Below are positions 58,929 to 64,000 of a stretch of DNA of 64,000 nt, in pieces. Numbering within the stretch: position 1 is the first letter of the stretch; each line of letters opens with the position of its first letter. The position numbers and the translations under genes are program-made. The notes beneath the pieces were generated by a model. The model saw only the letters and a list, made by a program, of their open reading frames with translations, ran no database searches and was not told where the DNA came from. Source of the DNA: a virus (taxonomy: Duplodnaviria > Heunggongvirae > Uroviricota > Caudoviricetes); the IMG/VR virus record IMGVR_UViG_3300032288_002343, positions 1 to 64,000 of that record. One strand, written 5' to 3'.

Positions 58929-59506
58929 TGATCTCCTCCTACCCAGAGAACAAAAGAACGACGTATACCAGTTGTCACACGTGTAACACGGTGCATCATA
59001 TATGACGGGAAAATAAACACTACGCCTTTTTCTTTAGGAGCTGTCATATAACCATCTCCACCCTGCCAGTATTGTAAATCACCACCTTCATATTCATCAG
59101 GGCCAGACAGTTGTACAGTGATGGATACCTTTCTTTGAGAGAGCCATCCTGGTCCAATATCTTGGTGCCAGCCATAATGACCATTATCTACAGCATGATA
59201 TTCAGTGTACTGAATGCTATCCATTACAGAGTGAAGATCAAACTTCCATAAAGCATTATTAGCTTCTGTTGCCATGTTTATCATCTTCTCATAAAGCCAT
59301 TCCCATTCAGAATTTTTTGGAACCCATTTTATAATAGAAGAACGAATGTCCTTCATTGAATCACTAGCCACTGTGGCTTGTTCAAAAGGAAGAGCAGCAA
59401 CACCAGCATATACACGTTCTAACTCTTCAGGAGAAAACCCCTGTAGATAGTAATAGTAGTTGGTTGGGTCAGTTGTCTCTTTAGGAAATACGTATGTATT
59501 TGTCAT
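58919..59506 (-). CDS. 2OG-Fe(II) oxygenase, prolyl 4-hydroxylase-like (P4Hc)
   Basis: HxD in HYGWHQDIG, second His in MMHRVTRV, RxS in RRSFVLW. GGDLQYW. Confidence 0.7.
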   Translation of the reverse strand: MTNTYVFPKETTDPTNYYYYLQGFSPEELERVYAGVAALPFEQATVASDSMKDIRSSIIKWVPKNSEWEWLYEKMINMATEANNALWKFDLHSVMDSIQYTEYHAVDNGHYGWHQDIGPGWLSQRKVSITVQLSGPDEYEGGDLQYWQGGDGYMTAPKEKGVVFIFPSYMMHRVTRVTTGIRRSFVLWVGGDHYK

Positions 59507-60723
59507 ATGTTTGGTTTATAAATATAATTTGCAACACCCTCTTCAGTTCCAAATTTATTAGGAATCTCATCAAGATCTTTATCTTTTTGTTCGTACACCC
59601 AGTCAGTAATTTTTAACTGCTTGAATCTATTAGCTATGCTTTCATTATAGAACTCAGCAATAGATGCCACTCTACGTTGAATATCAGCACGAGCTACATC
59701 ATGTGAATTGCGCTCTTGTTCATTCTGGTAGATGATTTGTATATATCCTAGACGACAAATCTTACAGAACTTTGTGTACAAGAAACTTCTCACTACTAGT
59801 TCATAATCATCAGCAATAGTCATATCTCTATTATGTCCTCCTATAGACAAGTAGAAACTTTTACGCCATGCTCTAATGTGATTAGGAATTCCTACAATAT
59901 GACGTATAGTTTTTGGATTAATGTTATGTTGATCACAAACATCCCAAATATTTCCTTTGTAATCCTCTCTTCTATACTTTCCATATCCAAAAGCAAACCC
60001 TGGTCCGTATGTAAGAGACTGAAACTGTTCATTCACCTCCACCCAATCAGTGAAGAAGAACCCAACATCTGGATATTTAAGTGCAGCATTATATAAATCT
60101 AATGCACATGTGTCTGTAAGAATATCATCATGATCAAGCTCTGCTAGAATAAATCCTTTGCACAGCATCGCTGCTCTGTATTTAGCTTCACCAATATTAC
60201 CTCCACTCTTCTCTTCAAAATTGTATACACGCACTCGATGGTCATCTTTAGCAATCTTTTTTGCAATCTCAAGAGTTTCTTCATCGTCACTATCATGTAC
60301 AAGCACCCATTCCCAATCTTTATGAATTTGACTTACTAAGGATGCATAAGTTCTTAATAGTTTTTTTCCTGTCTTATACATGGATGTAAAGAAGGAAATT
60401 GTTCTAGCGTTGTTCTGTGTAAGAATCTGATTCATGGCACAGAAATAAGCACGCTGTCCTAGATCTTCTGTTACTGTTTCTGTATTAAACCATCTCTTTC
60501 TTACCTCATGTGTTTCATTAAACAGCTTTGGAAACTCTCTATCTGATTTACCAATTGTAACAATTGCATCTGGTTTGAATTCAACAAGTGTTTTAGTCAA
60601 TTCTTTTTCATCAGGAACATGTTTCACACAAAGTGTTCTTTCTTCAAAATCAAACCTCTGTATAGTTTTTAACTCTGGAGTGCCTGGTCCAACGTATAAT
60701 ATTTTAGGCAACGTGGTTTTCAT
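59503..60723 (-). CDS. family 2 glycosyltransferase
   Basis: WVLVHDSDDEETLEIAKKIAKDDHRVRV and ELDHDDIL (DxD). Confidence 0.6.
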   Translation of the reverse strand: MKTTLPKILYVGPGTPELKTIQRFDFEERTLCVKHVPDEKELTKTLVEFKPDAIVTIGKSDREFPKLFNETHEVRKRWFNTETVTEDLGQRAYFCAMNQILTQNNARTISFFTSMYKTGKKLLRTYASLVSQIHKDWEWVLVHDSDDEETLEIAKKIAKDDHRVRVYNFEEKSGGNIGEAKYRAAMLCKGFILAELDHDDILTDTCALDLYNAALKYPDVGFFFTDWVEVNEQFQSLTYGPGFAFGYGKYRREDYKGNIWDVCDQHNINPKTIRHIVGIPNHIRAWRKSFYLSIGGHNRDMTIADDYELVVRSFLYTKFCKICRLGYIQIIYQNEQERNSHDVARADIQRRVASIAEFYNESIANRFKQLKITDWVYEQKDKDLDEIPNKFGTEEGVANYIYKPNI

Positions 60724-61846
60724 GATACTTGGTTTTGAAATGATTCAGGTTATCAAGCAACCTTGGTTTGTGGTGCTCAAAATCTGGATCATCTATAATT
60801 GCATTAATCAATTTAACACCTTGCTCAGGTTTGTTAGTCCAAAAGCAAGATACAGAAAGTTCATCATAATTCCATTTACCATATGCTGATTCATCTACAA
60901 AAAGAATATACTTATTCTTCATAGCAGTCAAGTCTTTCTTGACAGCCTCATTTAGGTAGTGATATCCCTTTTCAAAGTCTCTTAACGTGTTAAAATGTAT
61001 TCCCATGTAATGATAGGGCTCAGCTCTGTCTGGGAATATTTCTATAGCTTTTCTCATCTCACGTTCAATAAGTTCAATATCAGCATTCATGCTTATGTAG
61101 ATTTTTCCTATCCTAAGCTGTGCCTCAAATCTTTCTTCTATCCACGTGTTTTGTAGTTTTAGGTAGAGATTGTTCCACTGTAGCGCTTCTGTGTACATGC
61201 CATAATCCATGTAGCTTTGTGCTGTATAGAAGGCAGATCTGTTGTTTAGATCATCTGGGTCCTCTATAAGCGTGTCAAAGAATTGCTTCTGAAGGCGCTG
61301 TGCATCATAGAAAAACTTCTTAGGATCGAATGCACGTGACCCAATACCCTCACAAATGATATAAGAGGAATCACTGATGTCGCCCATTGAAAAGTTTGGC
61401 TTCTCAAGGCACTTGATTGTAGTGTGAGCCACACCACAGAACTTCCATGTATAAGAAGCTTTGAATAAAATAAGTGCTTTATAGTTAGAACCCCCACGTC
61501 TAACATTCATATAGTAGGAGTCTTTGTCAGGGTCATTTTCGGGAAAGAAAAATTCGCCAGCCAAAAGATCGTCAGCATCCAAATGCATGATATAATCTGC
61601 CTTATCTTTAGCACAAGCAATCATCTTAGTCTTGCTCTTGTCAAATCCCTCAAAGGTTTCAGCATAGAACTTTCCTGGAATGTTCTTCTCTTTAAAGAAG
61701 GTTTCCACTATTTCTTGTGTTCTATCTGTAGAACCAGTGTCATATACGACCCAGTGGTCAATATATTTATAGACAGACTCAAGCGTATCTTTGATACAAT
61801 GTTCTTCGTTCTTGCACATTGTAGCAAAGCAAATTGTTGGTTTCAT
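60704..61846 (-). CDS. family 2 glycosyltransferase with TPR-like C-terminal domain
   Basis: ICFATMCKNEEHCIKDTLESV...VYDTGSTDRT...MHLDADDLL. TPR-like YHYMGIHFNTLRDFEKGYHYLNEA. Confidence 0.6.
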   Translation of the reverse strand: MKPTICFATMCKNEEHCIKDTLESVYKYIDHWVVYDTGSTDRTQEIVETFFKEKNIPGKFYAETFEGFDKSKTKMIACAKDKADYIMHLDADDLLAGEFFFPENDPDKDSYYMNVRRGGSNYKALILFKASYTWKFCGVAHTTIKCLEKPNFSMGDISDSSYIICEGIGSRAFDPKKFFYDAQRLQKQFFDTLIEDPDDLNNRSAFYTAQSYMDYGMYTEALQWNNLYLKLQNTWIEERFEAQLRIGKIYISMNADIELIEREMRKAIEIFPDRAEPYHYMGIHFNTLRDFEKGYHYLNEAVKKDLTAMKNKYILFVDESAYGKWNYDELSVSCFWTNKPEQGVKLINAIIDDPDFEHHKPRLLDNLNHFKTKYHENHVA

Positions 61847-62757
61847 TAAATATCAAAAAAGAATAGGTGAAAGAATCTAGAGTTTTCAATAGCATCTCCG
61901 AAGTAGCCAGTCGCAGCATGAATTGATTTAGCGTCAAACATTACTAAACGATTATAAACATTAGCTACACTATCTACCATCTCAAATGTGCTATTATCAT
62001 AGAAGTTAAGATCACTATTTTTCCCTTTAAATGTTGGTTCAAATAGAGGATGGTCGTTTGTATCAAAGCGTGTAGCTCCTGTAAGCTTGCTCTTAAAGCT
62101 AGCTGTTCCAGAACGCAAAGGTGCATCTGGTGTTAGATACACCATTGCCGCATAGTTCTGAGTATCAACATGATATACAATAGGATCTTGTGCTGTGCAG
62201 AACTGAAACACACCATTTGCATAGTTAGGGTGATTCCAATTATAGATTGGTCTACCAAGGATGCTTTCAAATGCTTCCTTCGTACCACTCAATATGAATT
62301 GATCTGTGCTTCTTTGCCCTCTGTGGTAACCAGAAAAATTAAAGGTGAGGTTCTTCATTGCATATTCTCTCACCTCATCAGGATTATTGTAAAAGTTGTC
62401 AACAACAATTAAGTTCTTGTTCTTGTTATTAAATCCTAGATGATAAATGTACCAAGGATAGATACTACCTATCTCACGAACAATACCTCTTTCAGTGACT
62501 ACATCTATAAGCTTGTTAAAATCTTCCTTTCTTAGCTTAAACTCTACTCCCACTTGAGTTGTAGGAAGAGTAGGGTATACCCCTAAAACGTCAAAACGGT
62601 CATGAACATTAACTTTAATGTCCTGACCGTCTATCTTTAACCCTGTGACTTTCAGAGTTTTATGCGTTATCCAACCTTTTATATTATATTCATCTCCATC
62701 AGGAGTGATAGAATCAATGTACCAAAGAACATTACTGTTCCTAGAATCATGTGCCAT
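61846..62757 (-). CDS. cupin / 2OG-Fe(II) oxygenase-like protein (tentative)
   Basis: NLIVVDNFYNNPDEVREYA, HxD-like YHVDTQ, a later His in SIHAATGYFG and NSRFF. Assignment is weak. Confidence 0.35.
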   Translation of the reverse strand: MAHDSRNSNVLWYIDSITPDGDEYNIKGWITHKTLKVTGLKIDGQDIKVNVHDRFDVLGVYPTLPTTQVGVEFKLRKEDFNKLIDVVTERGIVREIGSIYPWYIYHLGFNNKNKNLIVVDNFYNNPDEVREYAMKNLTFNFSGYHRGQRSTDQFILSGTKEAFESILGRPIYNWNHPNYANGVFQFCTAQDPIVYHVDTQNYAAMVYLTPDAPLRSGTASFKSKLTGATRFDTNDHPLFEPTFKGKNSDLNFYDNSTFEMVDSVANVYNRLVMFDAKSIHAATGYFGDAIENSRFFHLFFFDI

Positions 62758-62810
62758 AAAACGTAGATTTCAGCAAATCTACAAAAAAAGTTATTTGTTT
62801 ACAAATTTAT

Positions 62811-63353
62811 TTAAGGGAGTCTATCTACAAGAGGGAAATAAAGAAGACCTCCTGGATTTAGATTTGCTGCATATTTAGCTTCCAAAATAGGTTTTTGTTG
62901 ATTAAGATCTTCTATGTTATTTACCCAGATGTCAATTAATATGACATCATATTTTTCATTGGTAACATGAGTCATTATATCTCCTTGAATAATATTCACC
63001 TTTGGATGAAGATAGTTTGTATTATTCTTAACAAGGTCAATAACTTCTGAATCTAGCTCAACAACATCCACCTTGGTACAAAAAGGTTGTGTTAGAAAAG
63101 GCGCCACACCCATTCCAAGACCACCACATAGAATACTTGTAAAGCTTCTATTGTAGAGTTTATCTAAATAACTTTCTATAAATTGTACATGATCAAAAAA
63201 GACAGTACCATCAAATGCATGTTGCATGATTAAATACTTATTGTCTTTCTGTTTTACAATTCTCCAATCACCACTTCTTACAAAATTAGTGGTCATTTGA
63301 TTTTTGAAGTTATCTAAAACACCTACACCAGAGAGTCCAGTTTTTACTAACAT
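62811..63353 (-). CDS. spermidine-synthase-fold / class I SAM-binding Rossmann protein
   Basis: ILCGGLGMGV (compare SpeE GGGDGG), VDVVELDSEVIDLV, IQGDIMTHV...YDVILIDIW. Confidence 0.45.
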   Translation of the reverse strand: MLVKTGLSGVGVLDNFKNQMTTNFVRSGDWRIVKQKDNKYLIMQHAFDGTVFFDHVQFIESYLDKLYNRSFTSILCGGLGMGVAPFLTQPFCTKVDVVELDSEVIDLVKNNTNYLHPKVNIIQGDIMTHVTNEKYDVILIDIWVNNIEDLNQQKPILEAKYAANLNPGGLLYFPLVDRLP

Positions 63354-63365
63354 ATATTTTTACTT

Positions 63366-63926
63366 TTAAATACAGGTGAGAAATGTTCCTGTTTTTACAA
63401 ACACTGCTATAGTCATATAACGTTTACCAGTTCCAGTAGGAGTGGTAGTATAGTACTGTCCTTGCCCTGAATCAACTGTTCCACAATAAGCAGTAGATGT
63501 AGCTGGACAATCAGTAGCATCAGCTACATCAAATTGTCTTCCACTATTTTTTCCACTACTTGGGACAGCAGCAAATCCAAGTTGTAAGTCAGTTGTTGGG
63601 GGAATAGATACAGTTCCCATTGTATTACATGTTGTACTTATACTACTTCCATATACTAATAGGGTATCAGCTCCAAAACTTATATTGTAATAAATTGCAT
63701 AGTTACCTGTAGTTTCACCAAAAGCACTAGATATATATTTAGCATCTATTGCAATAGAATATCCACATGAATAGCTATAAAAATCACTCATAGCATCAGG
63801 ACTAGAAAATCCTGCACAAGCACTTAATCTACGTAATGAGTAGTCACCTCCTTCACAACAACCATTACCAACTATCTCAGTATATATATCACTAATTGAT
63901 ATTACACCACTGCTAGGAAGAGGCAT
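63366..63926 (-). CDS. Ser/Thr/Gly/Cys-rich protein (possible fiber or adhesin tip)
   Basis: 186 aa, low-complexity S/T/G/Y with 10 Cys. No motif match. Confidence 0.4.
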   Translation of the reverse strand: MPLPSSGVISISDIYTEIVGNGCCEGGDYSLRRLSACAGFSSPDAMSDFYSYSCGYSIAIDAKYISSAFGETTGNYAIYYNISFGADTLLVYGSSISTTCNTMGTVSIPPTTDLQLGFAAVPSSGKNSGRQFDVADATDCPATSTAYCGTVDSGQGQYYTTTPTGTGKRYMTIAVFVKTGTFLTCI

Positions 63927-63941
63927 ATTATTTTAATTTTG

Positions 63942-64000
63942 TTTTTAGTTCATTAATTTGAGATTGCTGTTCCTTTATAGCCTCAATCAAAAGTGCTACA
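63942..64000 (-). CDS. 3' end of a minus-strand gene continuing beyond the window
   Basis: Reverse frame reads ...VALLIEAIKEQQSQINELKTKLK-stop, 13 nt upstream of the next ATG. Very short fragment. Confidence 0.25.

Noticed and set aside
1-64000. Search for a CRISPR array, integrase or excisionase, reverse transcriptase (DGR or retron) or toxin-antitoxin pairs
   Set aside because: No repeat-spacer architecture, no tyrosine or serine recombinase motifs, and no RT motifs (YxDD) were seen in any listed translation. The lifestyle appears lytic within this window. The tRNA-like element leaves the integration question open only weakly.

Overview
This 64 kb window reads as one continuous piece of a large, lytic-looking tailed dsDNA phage genome. 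GC is low (about 37 percent by eye) and coding density is high. No integrase, rRNA or CRISPR array was seen. Several observations point to a Bacteroidota host. Start codons are preceded by A/T-rich sequence with no Shine-Dalgarno. Three intergenic sites carry the canonical Bacteroidota sigma-A promoter architecture TTTG-N19/20-TAnnTTTG. Signal peptides look Bacteroidota-like. The window falls into five strand blocks. (1) 1-10046, minus strand: a head packaging and morphogenesis module. In transcription order it holds a winged-helix regulator, small proteins, the terminase large subunit, a portal candidate, an SPFH/band-7 domain protein, an acidic scaffold and a major capsid candidate truncated at the window edge. 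(2) 10555-44742, plus strand: many small early ORFs with a UDP-galactopyranose mutase (glf) embedded among them, then a replication and nucleotide-metabolism module. That module holds a compact phi29-like family B DNA polymerase, a DnaB-like helicase, an SF2 helicase, a P-loop ATPase, a Toprim protein, uracil-DNA glycosylase, a GHKL-type ATPase, two HNH endonucleases, a PD-(D/E)XK nuclease, a single-chain ribonucleotide reductase, a RecA-like recombinase, dUTPase and a GT2 glycosyltransferase. (3) 44922-53709, minus strand: five tandem paralogous, highly basic proteins sharing an N-terminal MxxIKKAQxG motif; three small paralogous proteins ending in poly-threonine tails; a DxD glycosyltransferase; a collagen-like (GPQ)n fiber with a globular C-terminus; and a lysis cassette with GH19-type endolysin, holin and lipoprotein/spanin-like genes. 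(4) 53893-58928, plus strand: a 1453-aa fusion protein (methyltransferase, GT-A, pyruvyl-transferase-like, GT4 and GT9 domains) followed by an FkbM methyltransferase. (5) 58919-63926, minus strand: a P4H-like 2OG-Fe(II) oxygenase, two GT2 enzymes, a second oxygenase-like protein, a spermidine-synthase-fold protein and a Ser/Thr/Gly-rich protein. The standout signal is the very large glycan and post-translational-modification toolkit sitting next to candidate acceptor proteins (poly-Thr tails, collagen-like fiber). It resembles giant-virus-style autonomous virion glycosylation more than a typical phage. All family assignments rest on motifs read by eye from the supplied translations; no database search was possible.
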